In this document: positions 51,241 to 64,000 of the stretch, piece after piece
Layout of the letters: every line of letters starts with the position of its first letter
Numbering within the stretch: position 1 is the first letter of the stretch
Assembly (NCBI RefSeq): GCF_001194135.2
Contig: NC_068998.1
Location: 39,083,718 to 39,147,717 of the forward strand
Direction of reading: 5' to 3'
Source: Octopus bimaculoides
Taxonomy: Eukaryota
DNA length: 64,000 nt
The notes under the pieces: model-generated
The model's database searches: none
The model's input: the letters and a program-made list of their open reading frames with translations, nothing else
Told to the model about the DNA's origin: nothing
Position numbers and translations under genes: made by a program

Positions 51241-54200
51241 AGAATTGTACTCATTTCCTTTGATTTCTATATAGAAGCAAATAAGATTTTACACTTACTG
51301 ACCAAAGACAAAAAAAATTTGTTACACTGTAATCAAAGGCCTTCAAGTTATCACCAAGGCATTTTTTTTACCTTCCTTTTTAAAAAGGGTAGCGTATGAT
51401 TTGAGGGAATTCGGTTGCATTGCTATTTCTAAATAAACAGTTGACCACTTCAAGGTTTCCTGGCTATCACATTATTGTTGTTATTGGACAAAAATTATTT
51501 CAGATGTATATTTTGGTTCTTCTAGCTTTATTCTTTTACTTTGTTTTTCTAAAATGAAAACTGCTCATAGTCATCCTAACCGTGGTCAGCTATTTGTTTC
51601 CTGTCAACCATGCAATAAAATGACCATGAAATCAGTCTAGTCTACTCAGTTATGAGGGCAGGGGTTAATAGTTTACAACTGTAATAAGTGGCAACACTGC
51701 ACAATTAACAAGTGTTGCACTGATGACTCAGTGTTCCTTGAGTGGGTATAATCTCTTATTCTTTTACTGGTTTTACAATGTGTTGTGGCCATACTGGGTC
51801 ACTGCTTTCCAGGATTTTAGTCAATCAATATTCATTTTATCAAGTTCTATTTATCAACAGGTTATCATTTTTCTTTTGCCAGTTACTTCCATTTAGTCAC
51901 ATTATTGTTCTACAGTTTACACCAATATACACAAACATATATACACACTTCATCTTCATTATCATCATTGTTCTTGTGTTTATTTTTTCTATGTTGATAT
52001 GAGTTGGACAAAATTTCTCAAGGTGGATGTTCTTCCTAATGCCTTTTTCTTGGTTTCAAATAAGTTACTTTCTTCAACTGGGCTTCACACATCAAACCTC
52101 TCAACTGGAAGACACATTGTTTATGTAGCACATATGCCAGTGTTACCTAAACAGTGTCAGTATAAAGTGACACGGGGACAAACACATGCGCATGCATATA
52201 CACACATGATGTGCTTCTATGCAGCTTTCAATCACAAGGTAGTGATCAACTTAAAGCATTTGCCCAAGGTGCCATACCCAAAACCCAATGATTGTGAAGC
52301 AAAGTTCTTAACCACAGACCCTTGTTTACACATGTGCATGCTCTCTCTCTCTCTCTCTCTCTCACACACGTACATATGTGTGAGTGTGTACAACAGGATT
52401 CTGCACATCTTTGCATCTACCAAATTTCACTTACAAAGCATTGGTTAACAATAGATAATGGTAAAAGATATTTGTCCACGGTGTCAGGCAGACATTGAAC
52501 CCACATCGGTCTGGTTCTAGAGTGAACTTTTTAAATGCATAATATAACTATGCTTGTATATGTTGGGGTGGCGGGGTGTTATCTTGTTTCAAGTGGGGTT
52601 GGGTATTAGGCTTGCAAAAGCATACAGTGCTACAGAAACCACTGGCACATGATATTCAAGCTACAGGGCACTCTTAAGATGTTTGATGGATGGTTGAATG
52701 AATTTCTAATATGCATGATACTTGTCATAACAGATTTGTTGGATGGAAATTTCTTTTTAATAAATCCTACATATGTCATCAGTAATGTGTAATTATGTAG
52801 CTTTGCTTTAAGAAAAGAAAAAAAAGATATTTTTAACACTTCAATAGCATACACATGTCTGTAATATGTAATTGTTAATGTTCCATCTCTGAATTCTAAG
52901 AAATTGAAAATGAAACCAACTATTTTTCTTTTTGCTTCCTTTACATATAATCTAACATTTCAGTGTTTAATAAACCGTTTAACTCTTTTTTATCATTGTT
53001 AAATAAAGGAAAACTTCCTATCTTTCACTACAAATTGTCCTCAATAAAATTTTGGTGATGGTAGAGGTAGTTTCAATTCTTACAGCCATCAATTTTTGAG
53101 AGAGATAAAAATGTAAAATTTTCTTCTTTTTTTTTTAAAATTTTCTTTTCCATTTTCATTCCCTATTCTTACAATATTTATCGCATGAATAATTTTTTTT
53201 TCTTCTTTCTCAATCTTCAAAGACGATATTTAATATTTTAAAAATACGTTTTCCCATTTCTCCTATCTACTTTCTCTTCATTCCTCAAAAGAAAACTCCA
53301 TAAACATTGTGTTTTTATATTCGATTCTAATGAACCCTGCACTAACTTCAAAAAACTTTGCTAGTCTCAGTCCCCCCCCCCTTTTAATGTTAAAGATAGT
53401 TTAAGGATGGATCCAACTCCCTACCCTCTAACCTCTCTTTTGTTTTCTTCTCTTGCTAACATTCACTCTTCACCGAACACATCTGAATATATATTAGAAT
53501 ATTTTTAGGAAAAGAAACAAGCTTTGTATCTTTTACTTCTGTCTATTTCCTGATTACTAGTGTAACATGATTGAAAGAGAAGCCAGATGTGTCAAGTTGT
53601 TAAAGATAGAATATAATCATTATATAAACTTTTGAGAGGGTTCTTATTCTGAGATCAAAGGTCACCGATTTTTATCTTTGCCTCTGTCTTTGTCTGCAAA
53701 AATCTTGTCTGCCTATTTCTGCTTATTTTCAATGGATATCTAAGTTCTACATGAAACACTGTGACATCCATCCTTAGGCATATTTTCTGAGATTTATCAT
53801 TTTAATTCTGAGGAACCAGCATCCATGAAGCTAGCTGCCCTTCTTGGCCTTGGGTAAAGATATAAAGAAACTCTCTAACGGTTTGTGCATAGAAAATACT
53901 CAGTAGGTTTCTTATCTTATCTCTCTTACATTTTTCAAACCAAACCTGCCATCTATGGCTGCTTGCTATTTTTATCTCTCGAGTAGAATTGTTGATAATT
54001 CATGTGTGTGTGTAATTGCCTGAAGACAGAAATAAGGAATATGGAAGGCATGGTGATTTAATTTCAGATGTGTGTGTGTGTGTGTGTGTGTGCAAAAGAG
54101 AGAGAGAGAGAGAAAGCTGCTTCTCTATTTCTCTTACAACCTTCGTTAGCTTACTATTTTGTTTTCTATTCAAGTCAGAATTTTTTTTTTCAATTATTGA

Positions 54201-54627
54201 AATAGCTTTTTGTAAAGAGAATCTCTTTTCCTTCCAATCCTCAGTTATCCATTATCACTTCACAGAAATAAATAAAGAAGTAATAAATCCAGAACTGAAT
54301 ATATATATAAAAAAAAAAGTGAGCTAAGGGAAATAAGTCAAGTGGGTTAATGGCATGAATTTTGAGAATTCAGGAATGTGATAATGTACCAAATGATATA
54401 TACAAATAATTCTCAATAACTTGAAATTTACCACTTAGTTGGAGAAATCAATCACCTGGTAGCAATTGTTAGGGAACTTCCAGAGAAAAGGGAAAATAAT
54501 TTCAAGAAATTAAACATCAGTTTCACAATATATTTAATTCTTAGGGGAAAGATCAAATCTTTATTAGCAGGAAAGGGAACAAGTTACAGATTGTGATTCA
54601 TCTTAGATTTCTCATTGAAGTAATTAT

Positions 54628-54860
54628 GCAAATGGCGCTAGTGTGGTTAAGGTGTTGGACTCATGATTGTAAGATTGTGGTTTCGATTCCTGGACTGGGT
54701 GATGCATTGTGTTCTTGAGCAAGACACTTCATTTCACATCGTTCCAGTTCACTCAGCTGGCAATTATGTGTGATGCTCCAATGGACCCGCATCCTATCCA
54801 GGGATGGGAGAATATGTACACCACAGAATCTGGGAAACTAGCCATATGGCTCAGAAAGGA
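54628..54860 (+). mobile_element. tRNA-derived SINE family D
   Basis: tggcgctagtgtggttaaggtgttggactcatgattgtaagattgtggtttcgattcctggactgg...ttcttgagcaagacacttc. Confidence 0.75.
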
Positions 54861-55834
54861 CCTTTGAACCTTTTTTTTTTTTTTATATGAAATCTAATTA
54901 GACTAAAACATGATTGTAACTGTAACCTTTTCTGCTAAAAAGATCAGATATTTTTGGCCAAGTATGAAATTTTAATTTTCTATGAAATTAATTCTTAATT
55001 ACTTGAAATTTTTTTCCCTTTTCTTTGAAAGTCACAAGCAATTGTTGCTAGGTTTTTGTTTTTCTTTCATCAGCTAAAAGGCAAATTTAAACTCTTTCAG
55101 AACATTTTTCATGTGTTATTTAGTACATTACCACTTACCTGAATATGAAATAGTTGTTGTACATGTGAATCTCATGAAAATGGACATCAGTTATGGCCAC
55201 ATCGAGGGAGGTTCTCCCTATAGAATGCCAATATATTTCCAGTCATATTAAAGAGAACTTTGGATCAATACTAGAAACTAACGAAACGTTCAACTGTTAT
55301 GAAATCCCTCTCTTAACTGCTTTCAACCCTGTCTTCCCATGATATTTATTAACATTTAGGTTAACAGAGCCAAAGAGAGTTAAAGTGTCTTTTGTTAGAA
55401 ATAGAAGCATAATGCCAGTGATGGGTTTTTGAATTAGTGAGTTCTTCGACCTTCTCTGAACTATTGACATTCTGGTGAAAATAAAAAAAGTAATGGAGTT
55501 CTTGCAAATTATACAATTCCAGTGTTTTTCCAGTAAATTTGACAGAATTCTCCCACAAATAATGAAACCTTATTATCATTATTATTATTATTTCTGCATA
55601 ACAATCGAACTATAATTTTTTTTAGTCAGTTTAATTTGAAATTTAATTAAGCTAATCTTTTCTTCTTTTATATTTTTTCTTCATTTAATGAACATTTCAC
55701 TAGTGCATTGTTCTTTAGTGGAAGTAATTATTATTATTATTATTAGTAGTAGTCTATGAAGATTGATTTTTTTTTCTTTTTGTTAATTCAAGTTTACAAT
55801 AGATTTAAATTGTAAGAATTGATTACATTGACCT

Positions 55835-56045
55835 AAAGGTGGCAAGCTGGCAGAACCATCAGCAGGCCAAACAGAATGCTTTGCAGCATTTCTTTTGGTT
55901 TTATGTTCTGTTTTCAAATGCTGCAGAGGTCAGTTTTGCTTTTCATCCTTTTTTGGGTCGATAAAACAAAGTACTAGTTGAGCAATGGGGCCAAAGTAAT
56001 CGACCAGCCCCTCCCCGCAAATATTGGGCCCATGCCTATTGTAGA
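55835..56045 (+). mobile_element. SINE family A, degenerate
   Basis: aaggtggcaagctggcagaacc...ttttgcttttcatcct...ggtcgataaaac.aagtac. Confidence 0.75.
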
Positions 56046-56694
56046 AAGAATTATTATTATTATTATTATTAGATAATTTCAAGCAGATTTCTACTGCATC
56101 ACCTGCTACACCTTCATGTTGCTGGTATATGTCCAGCATTATTTGTTCTTTTTTGTTGTTGGGGGAGTGCAAACTCCTCCCAGTATTGTATTGTGTAAGT
56201 TTGTTTTGTTACGGGGCCTGGTTGCAGTCTTTTGTTGGATTAGTGTTTGTATTGTGTGTTGTGTGTGTAATGCAAGTTGTATTCTTCTGTTGGGTATCCA
56301 GCCTGTGGAGTACATGTGGTCATCGTTTATTTTATTGGATATTTACTGTATAGAGTGTATTGTGTTTGTGGATTGTTTTGTTTGGGTTGTATTATTGAAA
56401 TGATAGTGTCTTGTGTAGGATGTGGACTGCTCCTAACAGGGCTATTTTTTGGACAGAGTGTAGTGTTGAGGGTCTAGATGTAGCTTCTATGTTTTTGTTC
56501 ATATGATTTTTCTATCATACCCAATGCTCCAATTATTGCTGGTATTGTTTTCACCTTCACCTGCTTAATGTTATAAAAATGGCAGATGAGAACTAGGTCA
56601 TAATGAGTGTAGTGGGTGCTTATATATACACACACACACATATATATATATATATGCACTTACAAATAATAATAATAATAATAATAATAATTTC

Positions 56695-57087
56695 TAAAGG
56701 CACAAGGCCTGAAATATTGGGGAGGAGACTAGTTTCACTGGTACTTAATTTATTGACCCCCGAAAGGCAAAGTCAAGCCTGACAGAATTTGAACTCAGAA
56801 TGTAAGGACAGACGAAATGCTATTAAGCGTTTTGCCTGGTGTGCTATCGATTCTGCTGGTTTGCTGCCCTAATAATGATAATAATCCTTTCTACTATAAG
56901 CACAAGGCCTGAAATTTGCGGGTAGGGAGACTAGTTGATAACATCGACTCCAGTGTTTCACTGGTACTTAATCGACTCCAAAAGGATGAGAAGAAAAGTT
57001 GACCTTGGCAGAATTTGAGCTCAAAACATAAAGACAGACAAAATACCACTGAGCATTTCGCCCAGCATGCTAATGATTCCGCCAGCT
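56695..57087 (-). mobile_element. Two tandem SINE family A copies
   Basis: Both are reversed copies starting from (AAT)n tails followed by ggcacaaggcctgaaat. Confidence 0.8.
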
Positions 57088-57924
57088 CAATAGTTCTAGC
57101 ACTGAAGGAGGGAAGTGTGGTGAGATTACATCCAGACTGCTGTAAACAATTTTCAGAGGGCCAGAACAGTTGTAGCAGATGAGAAATGTCAAAAACAGAA
57201 AAGGTCATTGTCACGAACCCCATCTGACCAAAGCCACCATGTTTGTCCCAAGTGTGCCAGAGCCTGTTGTTCAAGGATTGGTTTACATAGCCACTTAAGG
57301 ACTGCTGTTCTCTCCTATTCAGTCATCCTTACTCTCTTCTAGGAGATTGTATTGAGCTACAGGCATGCGTGGGTAATGCAGCTATTTGTTGTATTGGTGG
57401 CGACTTGTAAAAATCAATGAAACATATTTTCTTTTTGAATGTATTGATGGTTTTAATCAAACATAACAATGGACACCTGTGTTGTTTATCTGTATTTTCA
57501 TGCTGGTAACCATAGAAATATTCACCAACACTATCATTATCATTTTGTTTTTCATCATTATCATATATATCATTATCCTCATCATATGTATGACAGCCAT
57601 TAGAATTTCCATCATTGTCATCATCACTATCACCAGCACCATTATCATTATCACTGTCGTCTCAATAATCTTCACTGTCATTTCTTTTCACCACCACCAT
57701 CATCATCACCATCGTTGTTATCATATCTGAATAATCTTCATTATCATCTCCTATCTGCATCATCTTTTATCTCTGTCTCCTGTCCCTACTTATCATTATT
57801 TTCATTAATGAAGATTGACTAATTCCACTCCTGTCACTCAGTTCATTTTCTTGTGGTTCTGAGTTCAAATTTTGTCAGTGTCAACTTTACTTTTTTCCTT
57901 TACAATGCCAACGTTGTCTCCTTC

Positions 57925-58345
57925 ATTGGACACGAAACTCAGCTTGCGAAGACCTGTTGGGGCAAGCGAAAGCAAAATCGTGATGGCACCTGTGCCCAGC
58001 GTTGCCTTCCTGGCACTTATACCAGTGGCACGTGTAAAGACATTCGAGCGAGATCATTGCCAGTGCCGCTGGACTGGCTCCTGTGCAGGTGGCACATAAA
58101 ATACACCATTTTGAGCGTGGCCGTTGCCAGTACCGCCTGACTGGCCTTCGTGCCAGTAGCATGTAAAAGCACCCACTACACTCTCAGGGTGGTTGGCACT
58201 AGGAAGGGCATCCAGCTGTAGAAATACTGCCAAATCAGATTGGAGCCTGGTGTAGCCATCTGGTTCACCAGTCCTCAGTCAAATCGTCCAACCCATGCTA
58301 GCATGGAAAGCGGACGTTAAACGATGACAATGATGATGATGATGA
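57925..58345 (+). mobile_element. RTE 3'UTR with about 60-bp internal subrepeats and (GAT)n tail
   Basis: Repeated tgccagt.ccgc..gactggc.....tgc.gtggca.gtaaaa blocks, then ggaagggcatccagctgtag...ggacgttaaacgatga. Confidence 0.8.
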
Positions 58346-58905
58346 CAATGATTTAACATTGAGTACCAGTAATATTCCTGAGTTGTGTCAGCTGATCATA
58401 ACTGCTGTTAGCACCCTTCCTTCCACCTCTAAGGGTACATCTATACAATTGCTTGGCTTATTAGAAATAGTAGATAGATTCCCAACAAACCTCAATGTAC
58501 CATCTTACAAAAACAGGAACACTTCAGACGATGTTACAAAATGTCCAAATACAAGATGGACTGGTCATAGCATGCATATCATTGATGTTTGGTCTGCTTG
58601 ATTTAGGGCTGACGTCGGACTAAAAAAGCAACTGATTGACATTGTAATTACAAATAAATCACTTATCTCAGTGAATTATTTGCACTTACTGGTGTCACAG
58701 CAAGGATACTAGACTCTCATGATAAATCGGTTTCCAGTTTGTAGCAGGATTTGTTGTTGCTGTTATTGTTTGACAGATGTGAGTTGTTATTAGGATAACA
58801 CAGCCTCCTTGGTAAAAAAAAAAAGGGGAGACAGAGGATCTGTATCAAGGAAGGGGTTTCATCATCTAGCTATTGTGAACCTCATTCACATGCACACTCT
58901 CTCCC

Positions 58906-59730
58906 CTTCTCTCTCTCCCCTTCTCTCTCTCCCCTTCTCTCTCTCCCCTTCTCTCTCTCCCCTTCTCTCTCTCCCCTNNNNNNNNNNNNNNNNNNNNNNN
59001 NNNNNNNNNNNNNNNNNNNNNNNNNNNNNNNNNNNNNNNNNNNNNNNNNNNNNNNNNNNNNNNNNNNNNNNNNNNNNNNNNNNNNNNNNNNNNNNNNNNN
59101 NNNNNNNNNNNNNNNNNNNNNNNNNNNNNNNNNNNNNNNNNNNNNNNNNNNNNNNNNNNNNNNNNNNNNNNNNNNNNNNNNNNNNNNNNNNNNNNNNNNN
59201 NNNNNNNNNNNNNNNNNNNNNNNNNNNNNNNNNNNNNNNNNNNNNNNNNNNNNNNNNNNNNNNNNNNNNNNNNNNNNNNNNNNNNNNNNNNNNNNNNNNN
59301 NNNNNNNNNNNNNNNNNNNNNNNNNNNNNNNNNNNNNNNNNNNNNNNNNNNNNNNNNNNNNNNNNNNNNNNNNNNNNNNNNNNNNNNNNNNNNNNNNNNN
59401 NNNNNNNNNNNNNNNNNNNNNNNNNNNNNNNNNNNNNNNNNNNNNNNNNNNNNNNNNNNNNNNNNNNNNNNNNNNNNNNNNNNNNNNNNNNNNNNNNNNN
59501 NNNNNNNNNNNNNNNNNNNNNNNNNNNNNNNNNTCTTTCACTCCCCCTTCTCTCCCACTCTCCTTTCTCTCCCCTTATTTCTCTCCTCTCTCTCCTTCTC
59601 CCTCTCCCTCGTCTACCTCCCTCCTCTATCCCATCCTCCCTTCATCCCTTTCCTTTCTCTCCAACTTTCCTCTCTCTCTTCCCTTCTTTCTCTCCCCTAC
59701 CCCCTCTCTCCCTACACACACTCTCCTTGA
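58906..59730. repeat. (CTCTCTCCCCTT)n purine/pyrimidine satellite spanning a gap
   Basis: 12-mer repeats before the N run at 58978-59533 and a C/T-rich tract after it. Confidence 0.85.
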
Positions 59731-61267
59731 ACTCCCACTCTATCCCCACCCACACAAAGTCAACATATATACAATGTCTACACAAACACACACACATCCT
59801 ATCTTATATCACAAGTGAGCATCAAACTCTGTTTTTTGAATGTAAACAAAATAAACACTTATATAACTGCTTTCATCATTATATACTCACATACATATAT
59901 GTGTGCTAATGTATACACACACACACACGCACACACATTCATGTGCGCACAGACTAATTAATATTTATTTGGATATTCATCTGTAAACAATATAATTAGG
60001 AAGAACAAATGTAATCTTGTCTAAGGCAGACATTGAACTACATAACTCCCATCTCTTGCTAACACTAACCAATCTGCTGGAACTTATTGTCTGGAAGTCA
60101 AATTTAGGAAAGCAGAACCATGTGCTCCCCCACCCCCTCTGCTTGCAAGCACAACACAATAGGGCTGTAGTAATAATATTAGCAGTAGCATTAGTAGTGT
60201 GGTTTGAGCACTCTTATCAATTATTTTAGATATATTTTATAGCATTTCCTCTTTTATATCATGCCTGTCCTTGGTTATAGGTTTCCAATAAGCCAATCTG
60301 TGGTTCACTGCAGTCAAACTGGAGTCTCTGTAAAAGTGAGATGTGATGAATACCACAGAGGATTTTAGTTTAAAAGCACCAATTTATGAGCTTTCTCTGG
60401 GTTAACATTTTTTACTATGTGTAGGTTAAAGAAGTACGTTTCCACATCCATTCGTCCATCCATCAATCGATATATATGTATATATACACACACACACACA
60501 CACACACGTAGATGTCGAGCGATGAGAATGAGTGCTCAACATCGCATTGAGGGATAAAATTTCTTTATTTGTGTATTAAGGCTACCATTGGTTTCATGTC
60601 AAGAAAAAAATATTTTTATAATATGACGAATAAGAGAAGTAATGTGAGAAAGTAGATGTTTATTCCATGTGTTTACAGCTGTTTCATAACCTTGCAAGTT
60701 ATATGATAGGCATTACATTGATGTTTGTATATTGGTTGGATGGATGGGCAGATGTTATGGATTTTCATACATATTTTCTACTTTCTGATTCCATACACAC
60801 TTACACTCACTCACACAACAAGTGAAATTGAACTTAAAACCATGTTATTGCAAGTGGATTCTAAGCTACCTCTAAACTAAAAGTCATCTATAAAATGTAT
60901 AAAATTCCTAGCATCACTGTCCTCGTCTCTCCTCTCAAGGCAAACAGATGCATTCTATGTTACAAATTTTCATTTGTCTGTTATTTGTCAATGCAGACCA
61001 TCACTTGTTTCCTCAAACTGTCAACTGTTATATTTTCATTACTTAAGTGTAGTCTTCTTTCTTAACCTTTTAGTATATCACTGTAAGCTATCATTACTTA
61101 CTTACTAGAGCTAGCTTCTGTTGATGATAGCAGTTGTATTAATCCAAACTGCAGTACAGTTTACCCCCAAAACAACAAAGAGAATGTACTAAGACCTATT
61201 ACATGTCTATGGAGAAAGATTTAAAAAGTAGGTCTCTTTTTAAACAAGTCATGTTTGAAATCCTTAG

Positions 61268-61840
61268 GTGCAGGCATACTTGTGAGGTAAGAAGCTGGCA
61301 GAAGTGTTAGCATGCTGGGCGAAATGCTTAGCGGTATTTCGTCTGCTGTAACGTTCTGAGTTCAAATTCCGCTGCGGTTGACTTTGCCTTTCCTTTCAGG
61401 GTCGATAAATTAAGTACCAGTTACGCACTGGGATCAATGTAATCGACTTAATCCCTTTGTCTGTCCTTGTTTGTCCCCTCTATGTTTAGCCCCTTGTGGG
61501 CAATAAAGAAATAAGAAGCGTGTTTCCCAACTACATGGTTCTGGGGTCAGTTCCACTGTGTGGCACCTTGGACAAGTGTCTTCTATAGAAACTGAAAGAA
61601 GCCCCTTGTATGTATGTATATTTGTATATCTCTGTGTGTCTTTGTCTGAGTGTCCCCCCACCCCACTTGACAACCGGTGTTAGGGTGTTTACATCACTGT
61701 AACTTAGCAGAAAAGAGATCAATAGAAAAAGTATCCCAGGCTTAAAAATGTACTGAGGTTGATTTATTCAACAAAGGCTTTTTTAAGGTGGTGCTCCAGC
61801 ATGGCCACAATCTAATGACTGAAACGAGTAAAAGGTAAAG
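61268..61840 (+). mobile_element. Composite SINE B interrupted by a young SINE A (61296-61511)
   Basis: TSD taagaagc at 61288-61295 and 61512-61519; the B head resumes with ttcccaactacatggttctgggg. Confidence 0.85.
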
Positions 61841-62580
61841 GTAAAAAGACCATTAACAGATAAGCTTCTTTTATACTCAAAACTCAAGGTTGGGGAAGAT
61901 ACAGTAAAAGAATATTTTCTACATATTCCCAACACACCATAGTATACTCCTTTAATTATCCAAGGTTCTAAATTCTATGGAAGCCAGTCTGCTGGCTTCT
62001 GTATATTGTGGCTATTCAAAGAAATATTAAAGCCTATATCTTTGTAAGGAGAATACCAATACAGACTCTTGATAGACTGTAAGATGAAGAGACTGTTTAT
62101 TGGAATTGGAGAAAATAATGGTAATGATAATACATCTGTTGTCATGGTAATATCGATAAACTGTTTACAAGAGAGATATAATCTTATAAATGAGATAAAG
62201 AGTAGATTGTTTTTGAGGTGTCCATATGGGGTTTGTAATATTTATTCCCCGCATATCTTTACGATTATGCTTGCTTTAAGGGAGACTGTCTTCTGTCTGT
62301 AGGATTCTGCTTGAAAAGATGTAGTGCCAGTAGTTTTTTTAAGGCAGTTCTACATTGAAAATATAAGAATAACTGGATGAATTTAATCATTAGTTGAAGG
62401 GAACATTTGTATTCATGAGTGTGAAAACAACTTTTAGCTTAGAGAGTGGAGAAAACTGGGTGAACTTGGAAGTGTCATTGTTATGGATCAGCTAAAACTG
62501 TGCCAAGTTAACTAACCACATATTTACTTAGTCAAATTCATGAACAAACATATTCATTCACATTCATGCACACCCTCATT

Positions 62581-62656
62581 CACACACACACACACACAAT
62601 TATTCATTTATACTTGCTTTTATGTGCACTCACACATTCAGAATCATATTCATATA

Positions 62657-62706
<50 letters not shown>

Positions 62707-63182
62707 ACACACACACAATTATTCATTTATACTTACTTTTATTTGCACTCACACATTCAGAATCATATTCATATACTCTCTTTATCTCTGTCTCTCTCTC
62801 TCTCTCACACGCACACACACANNNNNNNNNNNNNNNNNNNNNNNNNNNNNNNNNNNNNNNNNNNNNNNNNNNNNNNNNNNNNNNNNNNNNNNNNNNNNNN
62901 NNNNNNNNNNNNNNNNNNNNNNNNNNNNNNNNNNNNNNNNNNNNNNNNNNNNNNNNNNNNNNNNNNNNNNNNNNNNNNNNNNNNNNNNNNNNNNNNNNNN
63001 NNNNNNNNNNNNNNNNNNNNNNNNNNNNNNNNNNNNNNNNNNNNNNNNNNNNNNNNNNNNNNNNNCACACACACACAATTATTCATTTATACTTACTTTT
63101 ATTTGCACTCACACATTCAGAATCATATTCATATACTCTCTTTATCTCTGTCTCTCTCTCTCTCTCACACGCACACACACAC
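62581..63182. repeat. About 120-bp composite tandem repeat ((CA)n, unique core, (CT)n), at least 3 units, spanning a gap
   Basis: Core caattattcatttatactt.cttttat.tgcactcacacattcagaatcatattcatatactctc at about 62597, 62716 and 63077. Confidence 0.9.
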
Positions 63183-64000
63183 AAATATTCACAAATTTAT
63201 TTGTATTTCCATATTCCTTTGCGTTCATACATATACATCACATAGACCGTATAAAAGCACACACTCACACTCCCTTTCTCACCCCTTCTTACCCACATTT
63301 CCTCATGCATTCACTCAAACATTATACAACCAAACCTCCCCATCCATTCACTCATTCTTTCTCTTTCTCTCACACACAAACACACATATTTTCTCATTAC
63401 AGGTTAATGAGTTGCAATCAAACTATCTGAACCAATTAATCATCACAATGTCATGAGATCAAACATTGCTATTGTTTTATAAAGCAAATAGTTTAGCAAA
63501 CATCTTTGTGATTAGATGAACTTATTAAAAAGATGTAAAATTACAGGTTTCCTGGCCATCATTTAATAACAGTTAATAAGGAGGTTCATTAATGTGTGGC
63601 CATGGTCATTACATGTTCAATCATGAATGTGATAGCCAAAAGGAAAATGTAAAGAAGGAGTAACATGATATTTGTCCTTGGGTTGCAATTGTTATTTCCT
63701 ATTTGCTTAACCCTAGAAAGTATGAAAAATGGCTAATATTTCCTCCAAACTTAGCTTTTGTTACATTTATTCAAACCCCCAAAGAATCTCTCTCAACACA
63801 TGGCTATGATCCCCCCCCCCCACTGCTCCTGCTTATGATCAGAGGTGCAGATATTGTCAGCCACTAACGAATATGTTCAAGTGGTTAATGTCAAGCAACC
63901 AACAAGCAAATATAGAATATTTACTATAACGATATTTCTGCTTCAGCAATTCAGCATTGAATTAGTCTGAAATGTAATGGGAAATAGGTCAATTTCAAAA

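Noticed and set aside
55139-55471. Minus-strand segment bounded by a good acceptor (ttttattttcaccag|) and donor (CAG|gtaagt)
   Set aside because: Stops occur in all frames, and isolated splice-like motifs are expected occasionally in 64 kb. Only RNA-seq could rescue it as a lncRNA exon.
58809-59909. Longest ORFs in the track (366 aa here; also 296 aa at 62540-63456)
   Set aside because: They are open only because they run through N gaps and microsatellites.

Overview
AT-rich, repeat-dense animal genomic DNA with four assembly gaps (N runs at 28177-28240, 37036-37135, 58978-59533, 62822-63065). The SINE, RTE and microsatellite landscape looks like an Octopus genome; this is inferred from recalled repeat families, not verified. 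One protein-coding gene is supported, an SH3BGR/SH3BGRL-family (glutaredoxin-fold) gene on the + strand. It has a probable non-coding first exon ending at 7689, an ATG exon at 9189-9268, a 30.6-kb intron and a 186-nt exon at 39829-40014. Its last coding exon was not found. A CpG-retaining promoter near 7550-7600 has two inverted CRE-type sites and appears bidirectional. The rest is mostly intronic transposon debris: three mariner relics, Tigger/pogo and piggyBac-type MITEs, hAT-like ends, RTE LINE fragments, several tRNA-derived SINE families and simple repeats. Most ORFs in the supplied track are microsatellite or low-complexity artefacts. The most interesting signals are three Penelope-type minimal hammerhead ribozyme motifs, two of which share a non-canonical CUGUUGA core. 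Others are an 89-nt near-perfect intronic palindrome, an inverted templated insertion inside a mariner, a Tigger4-like element split by an RTE insertion, and a tandem SINE array. I see no evidence for a novel multi-gene system.
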